Origin: Thermoplasmata archaeon
GTDB lineage: Archaea; Thermoplasmatota; Thermoplasmata; Thermoplasmatales; ARK-15
Length of the DNA stretch: 64,000 nt
Assembly (NCBI GenBank): GCA_023261755.1
Contig: JAGDXS010000003.1
Span: forward strand, 3,153 to 67,152
Direction: 5' to 3'
Both the position numbers and the translations under genes were made by a program. The notes under the pieces are model-generated. The model searched no databases and was not told the DNA's origin. It saw nothing but the letters and a program-made list of their open reading frames with translations. This document shows positions 50,583 to 60,370 of this stretch, piece by piece (the first letter of the stretch is position 1; the number at the start of each line of letters is the position of its first letter).

Positions 50583-51528
50583 GGAAAATGAAAAGGGTTT
50601 GTTGGATTTCTCCTATTCAGTGAATCCATACAAGGTACCTTTTATGCGTGATCTCTTAAAGGTGGATTTTAATTCATACCCATACTGCGACTCACTCGAA
50701 AATAAAATTAAAGAAAGATTAAAAATTTCACAAGAAGTTGTTATAGGTGCGGGTATTACAGAGCTCTTATACATGGTATCATATGCCCTCAGGAAAAAGG
50801 ATGCAATGTTTATGGCTCATACTTATGGTGAATATGAAAGAATGGCCGATATTTTTAATATGAGGAAACACTATGTTGAAAGTATTGATCCTGATTTAAC
50901 ATCCTTTGATATTAAAAACGGAATTATTTTTTTTGCAAATCCAAACAACCCTACGGGAAAATTTTATCATGATATAGAGATTCTTTTTGAAACAGCAGAA
51001 AAATATAATTCATTTATTGTTTTGGACGAGGCATTCATTGATTTTGTTGACTATGATAATGTAAATTATCCTGAAAATGTGATTGTTTTAAGAAGTTTTA
51101 CAAAGTCATTTGGTTTACCAGGTATAAGGGCAGGTTATGCATTTGGTAATGAAAATGTTATTAAAAAAATGAAAGAGTTTAGAATGCCCTGGTCCTTGGG
51201 ATCTCTTGGTTGTAAATTCATAGAGCTTGCTTTAAAAAATTATTATTACCTTAAAAATTCAATTAAAAAAATTAGCCAAGAAAGAAAGAGAATAGAGAAT
51301 ATAACTGGTCTAAAAACGGATGCAAATTTTTTCCTTGCTGATGCAGGATTTAAAGGATTGAATGAAATTCTAAAAAAATCTGGAATTTTGGTTAGAGATT
51401 GCTCTTCCTTTGGCCTTCCAAATGCAATAAGGTTTTCAATTAAGAAAAAAAGGGAAAATGATATTCTTCTTAAAGAGATAGAAAAATTTCATCTTAAACC
51501 GTTGGAAGGAATTGTTTATGAAGTATAA
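50554..51528 (+). CDS. cobD: L-threonine-O-3-phosphate decarboxylase (class I/II aminotransferase fold)
   Basis: It has an N-terminal HGG, PNNPTG, and the PLP-lysine context SFTKSFGLPGIRAGY. It lies between cbiB and cobQ. Confidence 0.7.
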   Translation: MFMVYHGGAKENEKGLLDFSYSVNPYKVPFMRDLLKVDFNSYPYCDSLENKIKERLKISQEVVIGAGITELLYMVSYALRKKDAMFMAHTYGEYERMADIFNMRKHYVESIDPDLTSFDIKNGIIFFANPNNPTGKFYHDIEILFETAEKYNSFIVLDEAFIDFVDYDNVNYPENVIVLRSFTKSFGLPGIRAGYAFGNENVIKKMKEFRMPWSLGSLGCKFIELALKNYYYLKNSIKKISQERKRIENITGLKTDANFFLADAGFKGLNEILKKSGILVRDCSSFGLPNAIRFSIKKKRENDILLKEIEKFHLKPLEGIVYEV

Positions 51529-52951
51529 ACCAATATTCATAATGGGAACTTCATCAGGTGCTGGAAAAAGCACTTTGGTAACAGCTTTATGTAGGATATT
51601 CACCAATATGGGTATCAATGTTGTTCCTTTTAAGGCTCAGAATATGTCATTGAATGCGGGAGTAGGTATAGGAGGTGAAATGGCATACGCTCAGGTCCTG
51701 CAAGCTAAAGCATGCGGGAAAATTCCAAATGTTAAAATGAATCCAGTGCTTCTTAAACCAGAAGAAGATAAGACCCAAATAATTCTTAATGGAAAATATT
51801 ATGGAACAATAAATGCTGAGAATTATATGAAATCAAGTAAAAATGATCTCTTTAAAATAATTCTTAGGGATTTTAAATATTTAAGTGATAGAAATGATCT
51901 TGTAATAATCGAGGGAGCAGGGTCTCCTGCTGAGATTAATATAAAACATGATATTGCAAATACCATATTAGCAAAAAAAATTAAATCAAAGAATATTTTG
52001 GTATCAGATATTGATAGGGGGGGATCATTTGCAAGCATTGTTGGAACCGTAGAATTACTTGGTAAAGATCTATTTTCAGGATATATTCTCAATAAATTCA
52101 GGGGAAATGAAAATCTTCTCAAAAATGGTTACGATTTTCTTTTTGAAAAATACAGTTTAAAGCACTACGGAACTATTCCATACCTGGAAAATAATCTTCC
52201 AGAGGAGGATTCACTGCGTTCCTGGCATGGGAAGAAAGGAAAAATAAATGTTTCAATTATTAAATTGCCACATTTAGCAAATGCAACAGATTTTCATATA
52301 TTTTCAAAAATAAGGGAAATAGGTTTCAATTTTTCAACTTCACCGGATGAAATAAATAATGCTGATATTGTTATTTTACCTGGAAGCAAACTTACAATAA
52401 GTGATTTAATTTTTTTAAGAAACGAGGGATTCGAGGATAAAATTCTTGAACTTTACAAGGATGGAACGAGAATAATCGGTATCTGTGGCGGATATCAAAT
52501 GATGGGTGAATATATTATTGACGAATTTGAAACAAAATATGGAAAAATAGATGGTTTAAAAATTTTAGAAAGCAGAACGGAATTTGATCGTAGAAAAAAA
52601 GTATCATTGATAAGAGGAAAGGTTTTGCATAAAGAATTTTTTAATTATAATATTTCAGGATATGAGATACATTTTGGAAAATCAATTTCTAAAAATCCTT
52701 TCTCATTGATAACTAATGAAAATGGAAAAAATGTTAACAGATATGATGGTAGTGCATCTAAAAATGCATTTGGAACATATTTCCATGATTTATTTTTCAA
52801 TTTGAATTTTGTTGAAAAACTTTTAAATGACATTGCAAAGGAAAAGGGATTGGATAAAATTGTTGTTAATTACAATCTTGATGATGAAATAAATTCAATT
52901 GCTGAAATATTTAAAAAGTATTTGGATGTTGAATCTATCCTTAATGATTAA
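51512..52951 (+). CDS. cobQ: Cobyric acid synthase
   Basis: It has the P-loop GTSSGAGKS, the motif IIEGAGSPAEIN and a C-terminal glutamine amidotransferase domain with ICGGYQMMG. Confidence 0.85.
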   Translation: MFMKYKPIFIMGTSSGAGKSTLVTALCRIFTNMGINVVPFKAQNMSLNAGVGIGGEMAYAQVLQAKACGKIPNVKMNPVLLKPEEDKTQIILNGKYYGTINAENYMKSSKNDLFKIILRDFKYLSDRNDLVIIEGAGSPAEINIKHDIANTILAKKIKSKNILVSDIDRGGSFASIVGTVELLGKDLFSGYILNKFRGNENLLKNGYDFLFEKYSLKHYGTIPYLENNLPEEDSLRSWHGKKGKINVSIIKLPHLANATDFHIFSKIREIGFNFSTSPDEINNADIVILPGSKLTISDLIFLRNEGFEDKILELYKDGTRIIGICGGYQMMGEYIIDEFETKYGKIDGLKILESRTEFDRRKKVSLIRGKVLHKEFFNYNISGYEIHFGKSISKNPFSLITNENGKNVNRYDGSASKNAFGTYFHDLFFNLNFVEKLLNDIAKEKGLDKIVVNYNLDDEINSIAEIFKKYLDVESILND

Positions 52952-52953
52952 CT

Positions 52954-53415
52954 CTATTTTTTAATTTTAGGTATTAGCATATTTACTCTTTTTTTATATT
53001 CTATATATTTTTCGCCATAAGCATCTTCTAGGTATTTTTCTTCATCTTTTATTAATATTCTGAAAATTATATATGCAATAAATGGAACGGGTATTAAAAA
53101 AATAAGACCTAAGATTAATACTATACCTGGTATAATAAAAAGAATCCACCCAGCATAAAGAGGATTCCTTGTATGGGCATAAAGGCCATCAGTAACAAGT
53201 TCCCCAAATTTGAAAGCACTCTGTAATTCCAGAACTGAAAAATAGATTATCGCTGTGCCTATTAAAATCATAATAATTCCTAAAATTAAAAATAAATTTC
53301 CAGAAAATTTTAATGCCCTAAAAAAATATGAATTTATTATATATAAGATGATTGTTATAGGTAGCACGATAATTGCAAGTATATGCCCTATTCCCAAAAC
53401 ACCCATTTTATTCAT
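52954..53415 (-). CDS. ICMT/PEMT-like membrane methyltransferase family protein
   Basis: It is 153 aa with 4 TM segments and the motif HTRNPLYAGWILF...EEKYLEDAYGEKYIEY. Confidence 0.55.
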   Translation of the reverse strand: MNKMGVLGIGHILAIIVLPITIILYIINSYFFRALKFSGNLFLILGIIMILIGTAIIYFSVLELQSAFKFGELVTDGLYAHTRNPLYAGWILFIIPGIVLILGLIFLIPVPFIAYIIFRILIKDEEKYLEDAYGEKYIEYKKRVNMLIPKIKK

Positions 53416-53473
53416 AGATTTTTCTATATAAGTTTATAATAAGATAAATAAAAATTTAATTGAAAAGATTATT

Positions 53474-54061
53474 TTATGCATCTTTTTCAATCGATTTATT
53501 CATTAATTTTAAGAATGCAATTGAAAGTGATTTACCTATTTTAGTTGCGAATCCACCATACTTTGTACCATTTTCCTCTTCAAAAGCCAATAAAAATGCA
53601 TCAGATGACGTGCCAACACCTTTACCATGCTGCATTAAAGCATAAACTTTCGTGGATATCATCACATTCAATAGATCCATTGCGCAGCTTGGCTCTATAC
53701 CTTTTTTTACAACAAGAATGGAATTTATTGTCCTTGACTTTTTGCAGTCTTCTCCTGGAATACATATGTATCCAAGACCCAGTGTAAGAACAATGAAAAA
53801 ATTTTCATCCTCATAAAAGGAAGAATTTTTTATTAGATCAACAGCTGTGAGAAAACCAACAAAATTTTGAATATTTTTAATTTTTTCAAAATTTTTAGCC
53901 AATTCGTACGGGTCCTCATTAAAATCTTCTTTTACTCTAATTATGAAAAAACCTGACCTTTCACCATATCCCCCATTGTAAAATGATGAGGATAAAGTTT
54001 TTAATCTTTTCTCAAATTCTGAATAAATGTAATTTTCATTTCTTTCCAGTGATATTACCAT
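53474..54061 (-). CDS. cbiZ: Adenosylcobinamide amidohydrolase
   Basis: Motifs LSSSFYNGG, LTAV, TINSILVV and GTSSDA appear in CbiZ order. It overlaps cobT. Confidence 0.7.
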   Translation of the reverse strand: MVISLERNENYIYSEFEKRLKTLSSSFYNGGYGERSGFFIIRVKEDFNEDPYELAKNFEKIKNIQNFVGFLTAVDLIKNSSFYEDENFFIVLTLGLGYICIPGEDCKKSRTINSILVVKKGIEPSCAMDLLNVMISTKVYALMQHGKGVGTSSDAFLLAFEEENGTKYGGFATKIGKSLSIAFLKLMNKSIEKDA

Positions 54062-55004
54062 AAATTTCTTCTACCTTTTGAATTATCTCATTTACATTTA
54101 TTCCCTTCTTCTCAGCTATGTAAATAGATCCTCCAGCACCCACACCCTCCTTAACAATACCCTTTTCATAATCTTTTAGGCCATTATACTTGGATTTTGA
54201 AAAGTCAAGATTCGCCTTATAATAATCAATACCTATCTCCTTAGCTGTTTTTTCAAATGTAGCACTTTTATCATTTATTACATACTTTGTTGTAAGTATC
54301 TTTTCTGGCATTTTTCCAGATTCCTTCATAAGGGCTGCTACTGCAAGCATTTGAGTTCCTCCAGCAAGGAATATTTTGCCTGAATATCCATGTGAAAAAC
54401 CTACAATAAATGCCATCATGGGATCACCAAGTTCTTTTAATGATGTATACCAGTCCAAATTTTTAATTCCTATTCTATCAATTGCTTTTTTTACTATTTT
54501 CATTTTAAGATCAATTGGATTTATTTGAGATGCAGAAGAAACTGTGGATTCATATCCTAATCCAGTTAGAACAGCCTGAGCTGTCGTAGTTCCTCCTGGA
54601 ACACTTTCACCTATGTAAATTTCATTCAAAAAAGACATTTCATGACCAAATAATTCTGAATTTTCTAAAATTTTTTCCAGATATGGTAATGCAGTTTTTT
54701 CTGCTATATTGTTTCCTGGAATGTTTGTTATATTCACAAATGGTATTTTGGGCTCAATTAAAGTTCCAGATCTTACTACAAGCAATGGAAAATTAGCAAG
54801 TATTTTCGATGCTTTTGTAATTATCCCAGGCGTAGGATGACCTTCTGGAGTCACGGGTATTGCATCTATTGACTTAGGTCTACCATAAAAAAGGAATTCA
54901 GCATCTGCTATTGGTGTATATTTAATGAGGTCCTGTTCCTTACCCGCCACTGTTATTCCAGGAATGGACGCCACATCCGTATTTGATATAACAAGTATGA
55001 ACAT
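54036..55004 (-). CDS. cobT: Archaeal-type nicotinate-nucleotide:dimethylbenzimidazole phosphoribosyltransferase
   Basis: The N-terminus FILVISNTDVASIPGITVAGK...TPIADAEF is typical of the archaeal CobT family. Confidence 0.75.
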   Translation of the reverse strand: MFILVISNTDVASIPGITVAGKEQDLIKYTPIADAEFLFYGRPKSIDAIPVTPEGHPTPGIITKASKILANFPLLVVRSGTLIEPKIPFVNITNIPGNNIAEKTALPYLEKILENSELFGHEMSFLNEIYIGESVPGGTTTAQAVLTGLGYESTVSSASQINPIDLKMKIVKKAIDRIGIKNLDWYTSLKELGDPMMAFIVGFSHGYSGKIFLAGGTQMLAVAALMKESGKMPEKILTTKYVINDKSATFEKTAKEIGIDYYKANLDFSKSKYNGLKDYEKGIVKEGVGAGGSIYIAEKKGINVNEIIQKVEEIYGNITGKK

Positions 55005-55031
55005 ATTTAAAGCAAAGTTGAAATAGATAAA

Positions 55032-55754
55032 ATGTATTTTAATATTTTGATGCTTTCATTAATTTCATTCTTTACAAACATTCCATCAAAAGGCACTTTG
55101 GAAAATGCTTCCAAAGAAACTTATTTGTTGCCTATAATAGCTTTAATTATATCCCTTCCATCTGCTATTGTTTTTTATTTCCTATTTTTTTTACCATCTA
55201 TTATTAGAGCTGTTATTGGTATTTTATTCATATATGCAATAAATGGAATTATACATCTTGATGGACTAGCGGATTTCTCTGATGGTATTATGATAAAAGG
55301 GCCGAAAGATAAAAAAATTAAGGCATTGAAAGATGTGAATACAGGGATCGCTGGCCTATTTTCAGTCCTTTTTGTAATACTTTTAGAGATTTTTTCCCTT
55401 TATTCTATAAGAATTTCTCTATTAAATGTATTGTCATTTTTCATAATCTCTGAATTTTCAGCAAAGTTTTCAATGTCCCTAGGTTTGATAAACAGGCCTC
55501 AAGGTGAGGGTTTAGGTGCAATATTTCAAAAAAATTTTAAAAAATGGTTTCTAGTTATCGCTATCTTGATAACTTTACCTTTCTTTCTTTTGTTCCATTA
55601 TTACTATTTTTTCTCTTTTGTTGGCTTTTTAATATCTCTAATAATATCAAAAATTTGTAAGAAAAATTTTGGCATGGTGAATGGTGATTGCCTGGGTGCA
55701 ATGAACGAGATATCTAGGTCAATTACAATGGTGGTACTATGCTCGGTTTTGTAA
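55032..55754 (+). CDS. cobS: Adenosylcobinamide-GDP ribazoletransferase (cobalamin synthase)
   Basis: It is polytopic and has the HLDGLADFSDG motif. Confidence 0.8.
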   Translation: MYFNILMLSLISFFTNIPSKGTLENASKETYLLPIIALIISLPSAIVFYFLFFLPSIIRAVIGILFIYAINGIIHLDGLADFSDGIMIKGPKDKKIKALKDVNTGIAGLFSVLFVILLEIFSLYSIRISLLNVLSFFIISEFSAKFSMSLGLINRPQGEGLGAIFQKNFKKWFLVIAILITLPFFLLFHYYYFFSFVGFLISLIISKICKKNFGMVNGDCLGAMNEISRSITMVVLCSVL

Positions 55755-56236
55755 TGGCAGGAGGTAAAAGTTCAAGAATGGGAACTGAGAAACCATTGCT
55801 CGAATTCAAGGGAAAAAAATTTGTTGACATATCTTGCGAAGCGGTAATAAAATCAGGTTTAAAGTGCATTGTAGCAGTTTCACACAATGCACCAAATACT
55901 ATGGATTATGTAAGAAATAAATATGAAACTATGATCACACCTGGAATTGATTACTGTGTTGATGTTAAATTTATTTTTGATAAAATTAAAGAGCCATTCT
56001 TAACAGTAGTTTCAGATTTACCATTTATTAGTTTTCTTGACATAAAAGAATTCATGAAAGATTATAAGGGTAAAAGTATGGCAGGTGTTATCATAAAAAA
56101 TGGAAAAATAGAGTATATTGGTATTAATATAGTTTCTGACGATATTAATGATGATATTCATATATTCAAAAATGATCTTTTATCTATAAATGTAAATACA
56201 TGGGATGATTATAAAAAAATTTTGGAAAAGGTTTAA
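55739..56236 (+). CDS. cobY: Adenosylcobinamide-phosphate guanylyltransferase, archaeal
   Basis: It has the NTP-transferase loop VMAGGKSSRMG, is ~165 aa, and overlaps cobS. Confidence 0.7.
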   Translation: MLGFVMAGGKSSRMGTEKPLLEFKGKKFVDISCEAVIKSGLKCIVAVSHNAPNTMDYVRNKYETMITPGIDYCVDVKFIFDKIKEPFLTVVSDLPFISFLDIKEFMKDYKGKSMAGVIIKNGKIEYIGINIVSDDINDDIHIFKNDLLSINVNTWDDYKKILEKV

Positions 56237-57702
56237 TCTCTGTATTTTGCAAGTAAATAAGCAATTAAGAATGGAATTAATATCCAAAGAAGTCCAGCAG
56301 CAATTAATGGTAAATATGTTAAGCCATAAGCAGAAGGATTTATTGTTATTCCACCAAATGATCCTAGTTTATTTGTGATTAATGTCTGGAAAAGATTAGA
56401 ATAGCCTGCAGGGCTTATGTAATCAAATATAATATTTGTAATAACATATGTTGAACTGCTAGATGAAATGCCCAAAGCGGATATAACAGCTAGAGGAATA
56501 ATCTCCCAGAAAAGATCCATAACAACAAATATACCTATTGCAGCTCCAAGAAGGGCACCCTGAGATTTAACTAAGTGTGAAATCATATATACAATGGATA
56601 AAAATGCCACACCTTCCACAAAATATGTCCATATTAATTCTGTTAAAAATATTACACTGAAATACATACTGAAATAATAGAAGTATATCAAGTCAACAAG
56701 GGCCATGGCCACAGCACTTGCAATGAATATTGCTATTGCATTTGATAGAAATCTTGTTGTAATTAATTCACCCCTTGTAACTGGTCTTTTTAAAACTGAT
56801 TCAATAACACCACTTGTCCTGTCCTTTCCATATGTAAGATATGCAGTGAATATTGCAAGGATAGGAATAAATAGATCAAGAATTGATGAGATTCCTGAAA
56901 ATACTAGGCTCTGAAGTCTAGATTGTGTCATTGGTGAATATGTTGATAGTTTACCCAATAAAATGATTGGGAATGACTTTCCTCCTTCAAGGCCAGAATA
57001 TATATTTACAAGGGTTCCATTGCTATTTTTAACTTCAATGTAGTATGTATCATTTATATTTTCAATTGTGGGGAATATTTTTTTAATTGATATTGATGTG
57101 AAATTGTAATAAAATGTATAGTTGAAAGAATTAGGAATGGATCTACTTGAATTTGTTGCAAGGAATATAAAGCTAAGATTTGGTGATGATGATCCATTGT
57201 TACCAACATACATTGCAAGTATTCCCATCCTAGTGGAATTTAATTTATTAAAAATATATGGATATATTTCCAATCCTGAATATTTCATAGCTAAATTAAT
57301 TGTGTATGCTATTGAAGGTGTTTCAATTTTGGTACCAAACCTTGTATATGTGTAATTAATTAAAACATTAATCTGACTAGAATATTTTACTTGGAATGTT
57401 GCATTAGCATAACCTTTTGATGATGAAATTGCCCTATAATCAGAACCATTGTATTGATAGTATATTTCCACATTCTTTACCGGATTTCCATAACCATCGT
57501 AAACATATGAAACCATTGTTAGGTTGTTATTATTTAAATAATAACCATATGCAACTTCAGGTGTTGTAGGAACATTTAATGAGTTTGATGTTGATGCAGT
57601 TTCATATGCCAAAAGTGCAGATAAACCTACTATTGCTATAATAAGTATAATAACAAACCTGCTTCTCATTGTTCTTTTTATTTCATATGATATGGATCTC
57701 AT
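56233..57702 (-). CDS. ABC-2-type permease with a large sequon-rich extracellular loop
   Basis: An N-terminal TM segment is followed by an ectodomain of ~230 aa with many N-x-S/T sites, then about 5-6 TM segments. It overlaps the ATPase gene by 4 nt. Confidence 0.6.
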   Translation of the reverse strand: MRSISYEIKRTMRSRFVIILIIAIVGLSALLAYETASTSNSLNVPTTPEVAYGYYLNNNNLTMVSYVYDGYGNPVKNVEIYYQYNGSDYRAISSSKGYANATFQVKYSSQINVLINYTYTRFGTKIETPSIAYTINLAMKYSGLEIYPYIFNKLNSTRMGILAMYVGNNGSSSPNLSFIFLATNSSRSIPNSFNYTFYYNFTSISIKKIFPTIENINDTYYIEVKNSNGTLVNIYSGLEGGKSFPIILLGKLSTYSPMTQSRLQSLVFSGISSILDLFIPILAIFTAYLTYGKDRTSGVIESVLKRPVTRGELITTRFLSNAIAIFIASAVAMALVDLIYFYYFSMYFSVIFLTELIWTYFVEGVAFLSIVYMISHLVKSQGALLGAAIGIFVVMDLFWEIIPLAVISALGISSSSSTYVITNIIFDYISPAGYSNLFQTLITNKLGSFGGITINPSAYGLTYLPLIAAGLLWILIPFLIAYLLAKYRD

Positions 57703-58622
57703 TGTCTCTCACCTATCAATTTAAAGAAATATTCTTCAAGTGATTCTCCAACGGGCTCGAATTTCCTTACCTTAATCTTGTTTGAAATTAAATCATCCAG
57801 AATATTAGGGATTTCATTATCCTGAACATTTAAATCTGTAAGAACAAGTTGCCCGTCCGTCTTTTCAATTGTTCCATATTTTTTTAGTATTTTTTCTACA
57901 TTCTCTCTAAAATCATTTAAATTGATTATTTCAATGTATATTTTCATCTTTCCAAGATTTTTTAATTCAGATTTGGTCAATGTTTTGATCAATTTTCCAT
58001 GACTTATTATGGCTACTCTATCCGCAAGATTCTCAATTTCCGTAAGAATGTGAGATGAAAGTAAAATACTTCTTTCACGTAATTTTAATTCAAGTATAAG
58101 ATTCCTTACAAATTTAACACCCTCAGGATCTAGACCATTTAAAGTTTCATCAAAAAGTACATTCTTTGGATCATTTATTAATGATTCAGCTATTGCGAAC
58201 CTTTTTTTCATGCCCTGAGAGTATTCCCTTAATTTTTTATTTAGATCGTTAGATAAACCAACCATATCTAGCAAATCTCTTATTCTCTTTTCCATTTCAT
58301 CATTGTTTTTGTAAAAACCTGCATAGTACCGCATCAATTGAAGTGGCTTTGCATTGGGTTCAAAATTAGGTAGTTCTGGTATCCAACCTACATTGTTCGA
58401 TGCTTTTACTTTTTCTCTTACAACATCAAATCCATCAACGCTGATTTTACCTGATGTGGGTAGCAAAATTCCTGCAATCATTCTTATTGTGGTTGTTTTT
58501 CCTGCGCCATTAAGACCCACTAGACCAAGTATTTCGCCATCATTGATTTTCAGTGTTAAAGAATTAACAGCCGGTGGATTATTTTTGCTGTATATTTTAG
58601 TAACATTATTAATTTCAATCAT
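57699..58622 (-). CDS. ABC-2/DrrA-type ABC ATPase
   Basis: Motifs GLNGAGKTT, YSQGMKKR and VLFDETLNGLD are present. Confidence 0.85.
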   Translation of the reverse strand: MIEINNVTKIYSKNNPPAVNSLTLKINDGEILGLVGLNGAGKTTTIRMIAGILLPTSGKISVDGFDVVREKVKASNNVGWIPELPNFEPNAKPLQLMRYYAGFYKNNDEMEKRIRDLLDMVGLSNDLNKKLREYSQGMKKRFAIAESLINDPKNVLFDETLNGLDPEGVKFVRNLILELKLRERSILLSSHILTEIENLADRVAIISHGKLIKTLTKSELKNLGKMKIYIEIINLNDFRENVEKILKKYGTIEKTDGQLVLTDLNVQDNEIPNILDDLISNKIKVRKFEPVGESLEEYFFKLIGERQ

Positions 58623-58664
58623 ATTTATCGCTTTTCCATAGATATATCTATTATCTATATAAAT

Positions 58665-59282
58665 CTATTTAAGAATTTTTCCAGTTTCCATGTACCATAA
58701 ATAAAGATCAAGAGTGGCAAGATCCATATTAAGAACTGACGCTAGTTTTTTAAGCTCTTCTTCTAATTTTAAATAATTTTTAGATGTTATTTTTATTTCA
58801 TCTGTCAAAGAATTTTCCTTCATGATTTTAAAAATGTGTTTGTCTATGATTGCATAATTTTTATATCCAACGTTCCTTAAAAAGTGTGATGATTCTTTAA
58901 AATTTACACCTTTAATATTTTTTATTAACCAATACCTTTTTTCCTCATCATTCATTTCAAAAATAATTTTTTTAATCGAATGAGCATATTTTTGATTTTC
59001 ATGGATATATTTTGCCCTTGTATTGTAAAATCTATAACCTAAATTTTTTAATCTTTCTGCAAGGGACATTTCATCAAGGCATGCGAATTCTTCTGGCGTG
59101 ATATTTCTTTGCATTTTTAAGCCTAATTCTGCTGATGTATTTGCTGTTAATATGCAAAAGCATAATTCTGAAAACCATTGAATATCATCTTTTCTATTCA
59201 TTTCTTCAAATTCCTTTATCTTTTTTTCAACATCTTTAGAAATTTTTTCCTTTAATTCTATTATTTTTTCTAGAATATTCAT
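58665..59282 (-). CDS. ogg: 8-oxoguanine DNA glycosylase/AP lyase, archaeal Ogg2 type (HhH-GPD)
   Basis: Motifs CILTANTSA, KGVNFKESSHFLRNVGY and IIDKHI are present. The product from the ATG at 59282 is 205 aa. The ORF-track N-terminal extension to 59570 overlaps speH and looks spurious. Confidence 0.75.
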   Translation of the reverse strand: MNILEKIIELKEKISKDVEKKIKEFEEMNRKDDIQWFSELCFCILTANTSAELGLKMQRNITPEEFACLDEMSLAERLKNLGYRFYNTRAKYIHENQKYAHSIKKIIFEMNDEEKRYWLIKNIKGVNFKESSHFLRNVGYKNYAIIDKHIFKIMKENSLTDEIKITSKNYLKLEEELKKLASVLNMDLATLDLYLWYMETGKILK

Positions 59283-59420
59283 TGACTTAAGATATAGTTG
59301 TGCACATATTAATCCTTTGTTATAACAAAAATTTAGGAAATAATAGGGGTAAAGTTCAAATATAATGTTTAATTCAACCTTTTCTGTATTCACTCTGGAG
59401 GTGAAAAAGAAATATGGAGG

Positions 59421-59825
59421 ATGCTGAAGATGGCCGTTGGAATTCATATAATCGCGGATTTTTACGGCGTTGATAGAGATAAGATTACATATGTTGAACA
59501 GATGAAACCTATTTTTGAGGATACTGTAAAATATGCAAAATTGACGAAGATATCTTCTGATTATTATCAATTCAGGCCTATGGGATGTAGTGGAATTGTT
59601 TTGCTTGCAGAATCACATCTCTCTTTTCACACATGGCCTGAACATGAGCTTATAACTCTTGATATATATACGTGTGGGGACCCCAATCAAGCACTAGTTG
59701 CTTTGGATTACCTTCAAAAAGTGCTTGATCCAAAGAAGGTTTCACATCTTATTCTTGAAAGAGGTACAGACGTTAATGAAAAAATACCTGAGAATGAGCA
59801 GGAAGTAACTAAGGTGGAAAGCTGA
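59421..59825 (+). CDS. speH: S-adenosylmethionine decarboxylase proenzyme (pyruvoyl, small archaeal/bacterial type)
   Basis: Motifs [10 protein letters not shown] and the self-cleavage site [12 protein letters not shown] are present. An alternative ATG lies at 59430. Confidence 0.85.
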   Translation: MLKMAVGIHIIADFYGVDRDKITYVEQMKPIFEDTVKYAKLTKISSDYYQFRPMGCSGIVLLAESHLSFHTWPEHELITLDIYTCGDPNQALVALDYLQKVLDPKKVSHLILERGTDVNEKIPENEQEVTKVES

Positions 59826-60370
59826 TGTTTACAATTATACCTAGCAAGGTTTTTTTTACAAAGGGTGTAGGAAGACATAAATCAAGGCTTGGTTCTTTTG
59901 AACAAGCTTTAAGGGATGCAGGTATTGCTCAGTTCAACCTTGTTGAGGTAAGTTCTATATTTCCTCCTAATGCTGAAATTGTAACAAAGGATGAGGGACT
60001 TACCTATTTAAAACCAGGGCAAATTCTTTTTGTTGTACTTGCTAAAAATTCTAGTGATGAATTAAACAGGTTAATTTCAGCAGCTGTTGGATTGGCAATA
60101 CCCAAGGATAGAAATTTGTATGGATATCTTAGCGAGCATCATAGTTTCGGTGAGACTGAAAAAAGTGCTGGTGATTTTGCTGAAGATCTTGCAGCTGAAA
60201 TGCTCGCATCAACAATGGGTATAGATCATCATCTCATATGGGATGAAAAAAATCAAACTTGGGCACTTGATGATAGGATATTGCTTACACAACATGTAGC
60301 ATCAAGTGCAACTGTTGAAAAATCGGGTGAATGGACAACAGTCATTGCCGCTGCTGTTCTGATTCCATGA
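59825..60370 (+). CDS. pdaD: Pyruvoyl-dependent arginine decarboxylase
   Basis: Motifs FFTKGVG and [12 protein letters not shown] (the Ser-Ser cleavage site) are present. Its ATG overlaps the speH stop codon. Confidence 0.85.
   Translation: MFTIIPSKVFFTKGVGRHKSRLGSFEQALRDAGIAQFNLVEVSSIFPPNAEIVTKDEGLTYLKPGQILFVVLAKNSSDELNRLISAAVGLAIPKDRNLYGYLSEHHSFGETEKSAGDFAEDLAAEMLASTMGIDHHLIWDEKNQTWALDDRILLTQHVASSATVEKSGEWTTVIAAAVLIP

Noticed and set aside
59283-59570. The N-terminal 96-aa extension of the Ogg ORF in the track, overlapping speH
   Set aside because: The extension is featureless and overlaps the divergent speH start. The ATG at 59282 gives a 205-aa product of canonical Ogg2 length.
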